64,000 nucleotides of DNA, from assembly GCA_963745035.1 (NCBI GenBank), contig CAVUVW010000017.1:96001-160000 (forward strand). The letters run 5' to 3'. This stretch comes from an uncultured delta proteobacterium (GTDB lineage: Bacteria; Desulfobacterota; Binatia; UBA9968). The notes under the pieces are model-generated. The model was not told the DNA's origin. It saw nothing but the letters and a program-made list of their open reading frames with translations, and did no database searches. Below, in pieces: positions 52,941 through 62,151 of this stretch. Numbering within the stretch: position 1 is the first letter of the stretch; every line of letters begins with the position of its first letter. A program made the position numbers and the translations under genes.

Positions 52941-54211
52941 TGGATCTTTTCCATGTAGCGGCGCGAAAGCAGTTGAATATTGTCGAAGCTGGCACCGGAA
53001 AGACTCAGAGTCGAGACCAGCCCGGCGTTGCGCGCGCCGACGGCGGCCACCCGAAAGGCCGCGTCATAGAGCCCCGGCAGCTTCACGTATTGCCGCGCGC
53101 ACAGAATGGCTTTCACTTTTCCCGTCTGGGTGCGCACGTTGCGCGTCTGGCAGCGAAACGGCGTCACCTCCTCCTCGTTGCCGAAGACGGCGGTATTTCC
53201 GGCTTGGACTTGACTTGAGTAGAGCGTGAAGAACTGCGCCGGATTGAGCTCTGCGGTGGACAGCATCTGATGATAGAAGCGCACGATGCCCGAGGACTGC
53301 TCGCTCGACACGAACAGATAATCGTCGGTCGAGCAGTCGTGGGTCACGGCTACGTAGGGAATTTCCTTGCGGCGCAGCGCATCGGCCCAACAGCGAAAAA
53401 AATCCGCGGGCTTGGTCGGCAGCGAATACGGACCGACGCTCACACTTGGCGTTGTCGACGAGAACAGGCCTTCGAGATAGCGCGCCTGATTGGCGTAAAT
53501 TTGTTTGCCGACTTCGGCGAGAAAGGCTTGCGCCGGCGGCGCTTGAAGATTTACGGTCCGTTCGAGCAACGCGAACACGCGCTCGGCGGGAACCAAGTAG
53601 CTGATCTGCTCCCCTTCCGTGGCGACGTTGACGCCGACCACCCGCCCGGCCTGAGTGAGAGCCGGACCGCCGCTCATGCCCGGATTGAGCGAGCCGGTAA
53701 AATGCACTTTCGGATACAGCGTGTGCCTCAGCAGTCCATTGTACGTTCCCTCGACGATGGTCAGGCCGAGATCACGCGGATGGCCGAGAGAGTAAAGCCG
53801 AGTCCCCTGCTCGACCGGTTTGGATTCGAGGACGAGAAAGCTCTTGGGCCGGCGGTTGGTGCGCAGCACCGCGAGATCGTAGACCACGTCCACGCCGAGC
53901 ACACTGGCCTGGATGGGTTGCCCCGATCCATCGGTGATCTCGATGCGGTAACGATCCGGCGTGTGAATCAGCTTGGAGATCACATGATAGTTGGTGACGA
54001 TGTGCCCGCCCGCGCTGGCGTAAAAGCCCGTGCCGACGGAAGCCTTCGCCGCCGAGCCGGTTTCGACCACTTCGATCTTGACGACGTGCTCGGAAAATTG
54101 CTTGAAGATCTCCTGGGTCGTCGCGCCCGGGGTTTGGGCTCGAAGCAAACCCGGCGACACCGCTGTCAAGGTGAGAAGCAGCGCCGCCGACAAGGTAAGA
54201 ACTTTTTTCAT
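52928..54211 (-). CDS. Exported trypsin-like (S1) serine protease with Cys-containing C-terminal domain, no PDZ
   Basis: Signal peptide; GTGF, TNYHV (His), DLAVL (Asp), NPGMSGGP (Ser); overlaps the FHA gene start. Confidence 0.88.
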   Translation of the reverse strand: MKKVLTLSAALLLTLTAVSPGLLRAQTPGATTQEIFKQFSEHVVKIEVVETGSAAKASVGTGFYASAGGHIVTNYHVISKLIHTPDRYRIEITDGSGQPIQASVLGVDVVYDLAVLRTNRRPKSFLVLESKPVEQGTRLYSLGHPRDLGLTIVEGTYNGLLRHTLYPKVHFTGSLNPGMSGGPALTQAGRVVGVNVATEGEQISYLVPAERVFALLERTVNLQAPPAQAFLAEVGKQIYANQARYLEGLFSSTTPSVSVGPYSLPTKPADFFRCWADALRRKEIPYVAVTHDCSTDDYLFVSSEQSSGIVRFYHQMLSTAELNPAQFFTLYSSQVQAGNTAVFGNEEEVTPFRCQTRNVRTQTGKVKAILCARQYVKLPGLYDAAFRVAAVGARNAGLVSTLSLSGASFDNIQLLSRRYMEKIQWRR

Positions 54212-54426
54212 AGTAGAATGAATTCAGTTGATCACCGGCGCGCCGAGATCGGCGCGCCGCGCGGTTGCATGCGGCCCGGTAACGAAGGTCACGCACTCGA
54301 TGACCGTGATGCCTTCTAGAATTCTGACCGGCATAAAATTTTGTTTGATCAAATCTTTCACGGTTTGGTTCCCCTTGCAATGCGCTCGATCAGCTCAGCG
54401 TGACCCTTTGCTGGCAAGAGCAGTGA

Positions 54427-54630
54427 GTTGTCTGGCACACCAATCGCGGCGACATAATTCGGTCGTTGATGCGCGCGCGGCAACATCACACAGAGGAAAT
54501 GAAGCTGACTACGACATTGTGGCGGAGTACGAGCGAAGTACTCAGAGCGTTACCAGCAAGGCACCAACGTCATTCTGCTGGAACCCCGGATCTCGCCGCT
54601 GTCTTTCAGGACTCCCAGGCATCGGGTTGA
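54427..54630 (+). pseudogene. Decayed BrnT-like toxin and BrnA-like antitoxin remnant
   Basis: Fragments VVWHTNRGDIIR..ARAATSH and GGVRAKYSERYQQGTNVILLEP/DLAAVFQDSQA with frameshifts and deletions. Confidence 0.6.
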
Positions 54631-54755
54631 TACGCGCACAAGTGGAGGACACATCGCGCTCGAGTTAGGAGCGAGTCCCATTTGCTAATAGCCGGATGAA
54701 GCGCGACCGAAATCCGGGATATCTCTCACTCGCTCACGTAGGTGCAGAGACTTTC

Positions 54756-56003
54756 TCACCGCGGCGCGACGAGAATCTCCTCGCGCGGAAAGTAGTCCAT
54801 GATCTCCGCGCCGCTTCTGGTGACGACCAGCATGTTTTCCAAGCGCACGCCGCCGACGCGGGTTTCGCCTTCGCGGCATTCGACCGCGATCGTCATGCCC
54901 TCTTCGAAAACTTGCGGATGGTCGAGCGACCAGAGACGATTGATGATCGGCGCATCGTAGCCCGTGCTCGTGCCGAGGCCGATGCCGTGGCCGATTTCGC
55001 TGGCGAGCACTTCGACCTCGCTCTTGTATCCCCATTTGGTAGCGGGCGGGAAATGCTTGGCGGCGTCGGCGGTGGTCTTGCCGGGCCTGATCTCGCCGAT
55101 AATCGCATCGATGCGCTCGCGCATGATCTTGTACCAGTCCTTCTCTTTGGGCGTCGCCTGGCGGCCGACGATGAAAGTTCGATACGTGCAGCTGCCGTAG
55201 CCCATGTAGGTCGCGCCGCAGTACGAACCGTAGACCAAGTCGCCGAACTGAATGACGCGGCTGGTCGCGTGCGGGCCGCGATCGAAAGTCGTCGGCCCGG
55301 TCCGCCAGCCGCCCGGAACCGCCGCTTCCAGGCCGATCTCGTAGCCGGCGCTTGCGCCAAGCGTCATCAAGTCGGTGTCGCGCATGCCGGGTTTGAGATT
55401 TTCCCAGACGCGAAACCACACGCCGTCGACCATCGCCGCGCAGGTCTTGAGACAGCCGATCTCGTCCTGATTTTTGATCATGCGCGCTTCGAGCATGAGA
55501 TTGCGCGTATCGACGATGTTTTTGACGCCGGCATTGACCAGCGCCTCGCGCGCGTTGCCGTCGAAGCTGCCAAGACCGAGCTTCTCGCCGAGCAAGCCGC
55601 GCTTCTCCAGCTCGGCTTTGATCTCGCCGGCGAAGGCTTTGGCCTCCAGCGCGCAGACCTCGGGTCCCGGAGCGCCGGTGAGCCAGGAGCGCGCCGGGCG
55701 CCATTCTTTGATCCAGGGACACTGGTCGGGCATCTGATGGTAGTAACCGTTGTGCTCGTACATCACCGGATCGTGCTCGGCGAAGAACAGCACGTAGCGG
55801 CACATGGGATAAGCAAAACCTTTGAGCGCGGTCAGGTAGCGGATGTTGTGATGATTGGCTTCGAGGATCGCCGCCACACCGTGCTTGCGCATGAGCATCT
55901 GCGCGCGCTCGACGCGCAAGCGGCGCATGCGCTCTGGGTTGAAGCGCTCTTGCCAATCCGCCGTCTCAGGACCGTAGGTGAGCTTCGGTGTGTATTGGAT
56001 CAT
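54756..56003 (-). CDS. M24 (Xaa-Pro aminopeptidase/creatinase fold) family hydrolase
   Basis: NIRYLT, ARMIKNQDEI, GHGIGL, EGMTIAVE, GGVRLENMLVVT. Confidence 0.87.
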   Translation of the reverse strand: MIQYTPKLTYGPETADWQERFNPERMRRLRVERAQMLMRKHGVAAILEANHHNIRYLTALKGFAYPMCRYVLFFAEHDPVMYEHNGYYHQMPDQCPWIKEWRPARSWLTGAPGPEVCALEAKAFAGEIKAELEKRGLLGEKLGLGSFDGNAREALVNAGVKNIVDTRNLMLEARMIKNQDEIGCLKTCAAMVDGVWFRVWENLKPGMRDTDLMTLGASAGYEIGLEAAVPGGWRTGPTTFDRGPHATSRVIQFGDLVYGSYCGATYMGYGSCTYRTFIVGRQATPKEKDWYKIMRERIDAIIGEIRPGKTTADAAKHFPPATKWGYKSEVEVLASEIGHGIGLGTSTGYDAPIINRLWSLDHPQVFEEGMTIAVECREGETRVGGVRLENMLVVTRSGAEIMDYFPREEILVAPR

Positions 56004-56165
56004 GATCGCCCTCCTCTCGGGGATGGTCATTCGCCCTTGTCGCAAATCTAACGAGATCGACTCGCTGCTTCAACCCATCCGTCCATTAAATATGGATCGG
56101 CGGCCTTGTGTAAGTTTTCACGCGCGTGTGATAACAAAAGTCGTTGCTCTCGATCGCCGGAATTC

Positions 56166-57173
56166 ATGAACAGGAGCGTATGCACATCCGTGAAACAATT
56201 GATCACGCTCATCGCTGCCGGATCGATTTTCCTGCTCTCCCCTCCGCTCTCGGCGGCGGCGGAGCGAGTAACCGCGGTGTACACCAGCATCGCCGCCGCG
56301 TACGCGCCGTTCTGGGTGGCGAAGGACAAAGGGATCTTCGACAAGTACAATTTCGATACCAGCTTGGTGTACATGCGCGGCACCGTGCCGACGATCGCCG
56401 CGCTCGCCAATAACGACATCGAGTTCGTCCAATCGGGCGCCGCGCCGTTTATCAATTACGCCGCCAGGGGCGGCGACGTGGTGCTCTTGGGCTGCCTGGC
56501 GAACAAAGTCATTGATTATGTCCTCATCGCTCATCCGTCGATCAGCCGCATCGAGCAACTGCGCGGCAAGACCATCGCCATCAGCCGTCCCGGCGATCAG
56601 ACCTATTATTACGTGCGCGACATTCTCAAGCGCTACGGCATCAGCCTCAAAGAAGTGCGTTTGGTGCAAACCGGATTGCAGCCGGAACGAGTCGCGGCGC
56701 TGCGTCAAGGCTTGGTCATGGCGAGCATTCTCAATCGGCCGAATAATCTTGTGCTGGAACAGGAAGGCTATAAACGTCTGCTCGACATCGAGGATCTCAA
56801 GCTGCCCGCCGGCGTGCGTTGCCTGATCACGACGCGCAAATTGCTTAAATCGCGCCCCGCCACGGCGGAGAATTTCGCCATGGCGTGGCTGGAATCGATT
56901 CGCTTTATTCTGAGTCAGAAAAAGGAAACCAAACAGATCATCAGCAAGTACACGCGCAATACCGACGAGGTCCACCTGGAAGAAGCCTGGCGGAGCTTGT
57001 CGGCGCAAACCGAAGTGCCGCCCTACGTCTCGGTCAGCCAGTTGCAAGGCCAAGTGACCACGCTCGCCGAAGACCAACCCGATCTGAGCCGCTTCGACGC
57101 AAAATCCATGGTGGACAACAGCGTGATCAAGAAGCTCGACGATTCAGGCTGGATGAAAAAACTGTTTCGATGA
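56166..57173 (+). CDS. ABC transporter substrate-binding protein, NMT1/SsuA-like
   Basis: Signal peptide; WVAKDKGIFDKY, LRGKTIAISRPG, MVDNSVIKKLDDSG. Confidence 0.87.
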   Translation: MNRSVCTSVKQLITLIAAGSIFLLSPPLSAAAERVTAVYTSIAAAYAPFWVAKDKGIFDKYNFDTSLVYMRGTVPTIAALANNDIEFVQSGAAPFINYAARGGDVVLLGCLANKVIDYVLIAHPSISRIEQLRGKTIAISRPGDQTYYYVRDILKRYGISLKEVRLVQTGLQPERVAALRQGLVMASILNRPNNLVLEQEGYKRLLDIEDLKLPAGVRCLITTRKLLKSRPATAENFAMAWLESIRFILSQKKETKQIISKYTRNTDEVHLEEAWRSLSAQTEVPPYVSVSQLQGQVTTLAEDQPDLSRFDAKSMVDNSVIKKLDDSGWMKKLFR

Positions 57174-57293
57174 TTCCACTGGAGCAAAACCCAAGTCGGA
57201 ACGACGATTTCACACGAAGGCCCGGTGCGGCAACCGTAATGAACGAGGAAAGAGGAATCTTCCAACGCATTTTTCAGCATCTGCGGGCGAGCG

Positions 57294-57358
57294 TCACATC
57301 GTTCGGAAACGACAACAAATAGTTAAACACCTGTCATTTCGAACGAAGTGAGAAATCT
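57294..57358. repeat. REP-like palindromic element, copy 2
   Basis: TCACATCGTTCGGAAACGAC, spacer, CCTGTCATTTCGAACGAAGTGAGAAATCT; same family as 39209-39280. Confidence 0.75.
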
Positions 57359-57496
57359 TTCTGCACCTGTTATTTTAATTTTAAAAGGATGCGCGAAGAG
57401 CACGGAGTTTTTCGTAGGGTGCGCTTGCGCACCGACAGCGACTCGAACGCAGTCGCTTGCAATATTCCGGCGGGGTGGATACAGAGCAACACAAGT

Positions 57497-58450
57497 ATGC
57501 GCGGGGGAATTTTACTCACCGTCGGCCATCTCTCGTGTTTGTTGCTGCTCGTCGCTGTGCAGAGCGCGGCGGCGGCGGAGCGTAGCTTCGAAAGAGTCCG
57601 CATCGCCGTGTCGTCGAAGTCGCTGGGATTCTTGGACACGTGGGCAGCAAAAGAGCGCGGCTTTTATCGCAAGCATGGCATCGAAGCGGAAATTATCGCC
57701 ATGCGGCCGCCGCTCACCATCGGCGCGATCCAGGCGGGCGAGATCGATTACGCCTTCGGCGCCAGCACGATCTCGCGCGGCAGCATTTCCGGCGCACCGG
57801 TGAAGTTGGTGAGCCTCGCGCTCAGAACTTCTTTTCACACACTCGTAGCCCGCCCGCAGGTGAAGTCGATCGCGGATCTCAAGGGCAAAACCATTGCGGT
57901 GACCGTCGGCGCCGCCGACGATTTCGTCGCACGCCATTTGATCCGGCGCGCCGGCCACGATCCGCGCGACTTTGCGTTCGTCAACATGGGCGGCTCGGAC
58001 ACGCGTTTCCCGGCGCTCCACGCCGGTAGCATCGAGGCGACGCCGCTGTCGCTGCCTTTCTTCATCATCGCCAAGCGCCAGGGCTTCACCTTGCTCGGCT
58101 CGGCCGCTGACGTATTTGACATGGCGACAGTCGGCATCGGCACTTCGACCCGGAAGATCCAGCAGGAACGCGAGCAGGTGAAAAAAATGCTGCGGGCTCA
58201 ACTCGACACCCTGCGCTGGATCAAGACCCAGAAAAATGAGGTCGTTCCTTTTCTCCAGAGGTTCTTCGGACTGGACGAAGAGGTCGCGCTGGAATCCCAC
58301 GCGATCTATGCCAAGCTGCTGATCGATGACGCCCGGCCGCTGGCCGACGCGGTGAGGACCGTGCTCGACCAGCAAGGGAAACCGGATTTGCCGCTCGATC
58401 GCGTCGTCGATGCGACGATCATCGAAGAAGTGCTGCGCGAACGGAGATGA
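57497..58450 (+). CDS. ABC transporter substrate-binding protein, NMT1/SsuA-like
   Basis: Signal peptide; AKERGFYRKHGIE, DLKGKTIAV. Confidence 0.87.
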   Translation: MRGGILLTVGHLSCLLLLVAVQSAAAAERSFERVRIAVSSKSLGFLDTWAAKERGFYRKHGIEAEIIAMRPPLTIGAIQAGEIDYAFGASTISRGSISGAPVKLVSLALRTSFHTLVARPQVKSIADLKGKTIAVTVGAADDFVARHLIRRAGHDPRDFAFVNMGGSDTRFPALHAGSIEATPLSLPFFIIAKRQGFTLLGSAADVFDMATVGIGTSTRKIQQEREQVKKMLRAQLDTLRWIKTQKNEVVPFLQRFFGLDEEVALESHAIYAKLLIDDARPLADAVRTVLDQQGKPDLPLDRVVDATIIEEVLRERR

Positions 58451-58451
58451 G

Positions 58452-59552
58452 ATGTCTGAAACGGGAATGAGAATCATCGATATCGACGGCCATGTGCGCG
58501 AGGCCGACGATCTCTTCGAGAAATATTTGGAACCCGCTTTTCGCGCGCGCGCGCCCAAGATCGAGAAAGTTGCCAACGGCCAGTTGTTATTTCGCCTGGA
58601 AGGCGACCGTCATCATCGCAGGCCGAACGAATCGCCGTTTCGGATCAAAGAAGACGGCTCACCGGTCAATGAGAATCGCCATCTCGCCACTCAGCCCAAG
58701 CAGCGGCTCGAAGCGATGGACCGCGACGAGATCGAGCGCGGCTTGCTGTTTCCTTCAGCGGGACTCTATTTGACGTCGGTGGAAGAAGAAGCCTACGCGG
58801 CCGCGCTTTGCCGCGCTTACAACAACTGGCTTTACGATTACTGCGGCGCGGATCGAAAACGACTCATGGGCGTCGGCGTGGTTCCCGTGCAAGACGTGAA
58901 GCTTGCCATGGACGAAGCGAAGCGCGTCGTCAAAGAACTCGGCTTCAAGGGCATCTTCGTCAGACCGAATCCGGTGAAGGGCCGCAACATCGACGATCCT
59001 TATTACGATCCGCTTTACAGAACCGTCGTCGAGCTCGGCGTGCCCCTGTTGGTGCACGAAGGATCGGGAGCTTTCTTGCCAACGGCAGGCGCCGACCGCT
59101 TCGCCGGCCAATGGTTCTTCACGCACACGATCTCCCATCCGCTCGAGCAAATGCTCGCGAGCCTCGCCTTAATCTGTCGCGGCGCTCTGGAGCGCAATCC
59201 CGAACTGCAGGTCGTCTTTCTCGAATCCGGCGCGGGCTGGCTGCCCTACTGGCTCTGGCGCATGGACGAGCATTACGAGATTCTGCCGTTTCAGGTGCCG
59301 TGGCTCAAGATGAAGCCGAGCGATTACTTTCGCCGGCAGTGCTTCACATCCTTCGAAGCGGATGAAACGCGTCTCGGCGATGTGATCCAAACGATCGGTG
59401 CCGACCGCGTTCTCTTCGCTTCCGACTACCCGCACTGGGACGCGACATTTCCTGGAGTCACGAAAATGATTCTCGACCGGAAGGACATGAGCGACGATAC
59501 CAAGAGAAAAGTGATGGGCGAAAACGCCGCAAAGCTGTTGAGATTGGACTGA
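58452..59552 (+). CDS. Amidohydrolase family protein (Amidohydro_2)
   Basis: IDIDGH, CRAYNNW, LVHEG, LESGAGW, FASDYPHWD. Confidence 0.9.
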   Translation: MSETGMRIIDIDGHVREADDLFEKYLEPAFRARAPKIEKVANGQLLFRLEGDRHHRRPNESPFRIKEDGSPVNENRHLATQPKQRLEAMDRDEIERGLLFPSAGLYLTSVEEEAYAAALCRAYNNWLYDYCGADRKRLMGVGVVPVQDVKLAMDEAKRVVKELGFKGIFVRPNPVKGRNIDDPYYDPLYRTVVELGVPLLVHEGSGAFLPTAGADRFAGQWFFTHTISHPLEQMLASLALICRGALERNPELQVVFLESGAGWLPYWLWRMDEHYEILPFQVPWLKMKPSDYFRRQCFTSFEADETRLGDVIQTIGADRVLFASDYPHWDATFPGVTKMILDRKDMSDDTKRKVMGENAAKLLRLD

Positions 59553-59560
59553 TCAAGACA

Positions 59561-59636
59561 GTTTCCAGTTTCTGGTTTTGAGTTTCTAGTTATTGAAATC
59601 CGGAAACCAGAAACTAGGAACTGGAAACTAGAAACT
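59561..59636. repeat. Inverted heptamer tandem-repeat element
   Basis: GTTTCCA GTTTCTG GTTTTGA GTTTCTA, spacer, CGGAAAC CAGAAAC TAGGAAC TGGAAAC TAGAAAC. Confidence 0.85.
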
Positions 59637-59654
59637 AATTTTACCGGAGGTTTT

Positions 59655-60431
59655 ATGGCCGAAACACCAAAACTCGTTTCATCGATGGGGCGGGCGGAGC
59701 TCGATCGTATCTTCGTGCGCGAATACGATCTGAACAAAGATCTGCTCGGCAAGATCACTTTTGCGCAGATGGTCTATCTGATGCTCGAGGGGCGCATGCC
59801 GACGCCGGAGCAGGGCCGCATGATCGACGCCATGCTGATCGTTCTCGTCGATCACGGCATGACAACCGGGGCCGCGGCGGCGCGCATGACGTTTCATTCC
59901 GCGCCGGAAGCGATTCAAGGCGCGGTCGCCGCCGCCATTCTCGGCGCGGGTAGCGTGCACCTGGGCTCGTCCGAGCATTGCGCGAGAATGCTCAACGACG
60001 CGCTGCCTAGAGAATCAAAAGAAACTGATCTCGACAGCGTCGCGCTAAAGACCGTCGAGAAGCGTCTGGCGAACAACCAGCTCATTCCCGGCATCGGCCA
60101 CGGCATTCACACCGGCGGCGACCCGCGCGCCGAGCGCCTGTTCGAAGTCGCCCAGGAAACCAAAGTCTACGGCCGCTACTGCGATCTGTTGCGCAAGATC
60201 GGCAAGATCGCCGACCAGAAAGTCGGCAAACATTTGCCCGTCAACGTCACCGGCGCCATCGCTGCGATCTCGCTCGACATGGGCATTCACTGGCAGATGT
60301 CGAAGAGCTTCGCGATCCTCGGCCGCGCGCTCGGCGGCTTGGCGCACGTCGGCGAAGAAATCCGCCGCCCGATCGCGCGCGGCTTGTCCAATTTGATTCG
60401 CGACAACTTGCAGTACGAGCCGGGGAAGTGA
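59655..60431 (+). CDS. Citryl-CoA lyase (citrate synthase-like)
   Basis: LVDHG, AAARMT, PGIGHGIH..DPRA, PVNVTGA, GLAHVGEE. Confidence 0.85.
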   Translation: MAETPKLVSSMGRAELDRIFVREYDLNKDLLGKITFAQMVYLMLEGRMPTPEQGRMIDAMLIVLVDHGMTTGAAAARMTFHSAPEAIQGAVAAAILGAGSVHLGSSEHCARMLNDALPRESKETDLDSVALKTVEKRLANNQLIPGIGHGIHTGGDPRAERLFEVAQETKVYGRYCDLLRKIGKIADQKVGKHLPVNVTGAIAAISLDMGIHWQMSKSFAILGRALGGLAHVGEEIRRPIARGLSNLIRDNLQYEPGK

Positions 60432-60461
60432 ACCGGCCACGCGACATACTCTGCGAGTGAC

Positions 60462-62087
60462 ATGTCCCCCGCGGATACCGCCACGAGGACACCCGTCCTC
60501 ATTGCCGGCGCCGGTCCGGTTGGACTCACGCTCGCGCTCGAGCTCGGCTGGCGCGGCGTCCGCTGCCTGCTGGTCGAGCCCAACGAAGAGTTCAGCGGCA
60601 ATCCTAAAGCCAAGACAGTCCATCAGCGCACGCTGGAGCTGTTTCGCCGCTGGGGCCGAGCCGTGCCGGGCAAGCTGCGCGCGGCAGCGCCACTCGGCGA
60701 CGACTTCCCCTCCACCATCTTGTACGTCACGCGATTGACCGGCGAGATGATCACGGCCCTGCGCAATGCCACGCCGGCGGATACCGGCAACCGGCTGAGC
60801 CCGGAGAGAACGCTGCGCATCCCGCAATCGTTCCTGGAGCCCGTTCTACGCGAGGAAGTTCGGCAGGCGGCAGCCGTCGATTTCCGCCTCGGCTGGAAGC
60901 TCGAACGCTTCGAGCAAAATGCCCGCGAGGTCAGAGCGGAGATCGTGCAGGTGGCGAGCGGAGCGCGCGAAGTAGTTGCCGCCCAATATCTTGCCGGCTG
61001 CGACGGCGGCCGAAGCACGGTCCGCAAGCAACTGAACATCGGGCTGCACCGTTTGACGGCCGTAAAGCAAGCACTCGGCGGCGTCTTCCGGGCGCCGGCA
61101 CTCTGGTCGACGCTCGCCTTTGAAAAGGCCTTCCACTATAACGTCTTGAATGATGACTTGCCGCACCTCGCCGTCGTCGGCCCGCTGCATCCACCTGATG
61201 TGTGGTTCTTCGACCTGATGGGCGTCGATCCGAACGCGCTCGATCCAACCGAGGTTATCCGCAACGTCGTTGGCCGGCCGATCGCCTTCGAAATACGTGA
61301 CGTCGCGCCGTGGACGGTGCATAACGCCTTGGCCGAGCGCTATCGTGAAAACCGCGTCTTTCTGCTCGGTGATGCCGCCCACCTGCAGTCGCCCAGCGGT
61401 GGCTACGGCATGAACGGCGGCGTCGGCGATGCCGTCAACTTCGGTTGGAAGGTTGCGGCAGTCATTCAAGGTTGGGGCAGCGAAGATTTGCTGGACAGTT
61501 ATGAAATCGAGCGCCGGCAATTCCATGAGCGCGCGCTGGCGGAAACGATTCAGAATTCGGAGGATAACGAGTTAGTTACTCCCGGCCTCGAGGACCCGAT
61601 CCGCGGTGAAACTCTCCGGGCGACGCTGGGAGAACGTATTCAAAGCACCAAGCCCAAGAACTTCCAGAGCCTGGGCATCAGCCTCGGCTATCGCTACGAG
61701 AACTCGCCGGTCATCGTGCCCGACGGTACCCAACCTACGCCATACGAAACCTCGCGCTACATTCCCACGGCTCAGCCGGGCCATCGCGCACCTCATGCGT
61801 GGCTGCCCGACGGCGCGGCTTTGTTCGACCACTTCGGCCAGGGATTCACGCTCCTGGCTCTCGGGCCGCGCGAAGTAGACTGCTCTGGCCTAGAAAATGC
61901 TGCCGGCGCTCGCGGCGTGCCGCTCACCGTCCTGCGACGCGCCGAACCCGAGCTTCGCGATCTCTATCAGGCGGATCTTGTTCTCGTCCGTCCTGATCAG
62001 CACGTCGGCTGGCGTTCCGACTTCGAACCGGGTAATCCGAGTGCTGTCATCGACATTCTTTGCGGCGGCTCGCGCGTAGACTTGTAG
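60462..62087 (+). CDS. FAD-dependent monooxygenase (PheA/TfdB-like, FAD_binding_3)
   Basis: GAGPVG, GCDGGRS, LLGDAAH..SPSGGYGMNGG, PGHRAPH, LVRPDQHV. Confidence 0.9.
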   Translation: MSPADTATRTPVLIAGAGPVGLTLALELGWRGVRCLLVEPNEEFSGNPKAKTVHQRTLELFRRWGRAVPGKLRAAAPLGDDFPSTILYVTRLTGEMITALRNATPADTGNRLSPERTLRIPQSFLEPVLREEVRQAAAVDFRLGWKLERFEQNAREVRAEIVQVASGAREVVAAQYLAGCDGGRSTVRKQLNIGLHRLTAVKQALGGVFRAPALWSTLAFEKAFHYNVLNDDLPHLAVVGPLHPPDVWFFDLMGVDPNALDPTEVIRNVVGRPIAFEIRDVAPWTVHNALAERYRENRVFLLGDAAHLQSPSGGYGMNGGVGDAVNFGWKVAAVIQGWGSEDLLDSYEIERRQFHERALAETIQNSEDNELVTPGLEDPIRGETLRATLGERIQSTKPKNFQSLGISLGYRYENSPVIVPDGTQPTPYETSRYIPTAQPGHRAPHAWLPDGAALFDHFGQGFTLLALGPREVDCSGLENAAGARGVPLTVLRRAEPELRDLYQADLVLVRPDQHVGWRSDFEPGNPSAVIDILCGGSRVDL

Positions 62088-62151
62088 CGAGCTCCAGATC
62101 GATAAAGTGTTCTTGGAAGGATGGAGTATCGGACTTAGAGAAGGAGAGCGG

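Noticed and set aside
54433-54447. TGGCAC-N5-TCGC, sigma54 promoter-like
   Set aside because: Imperfect -12 element, lies inside the BrnT-like remnant, and no intact + strand gene follows.
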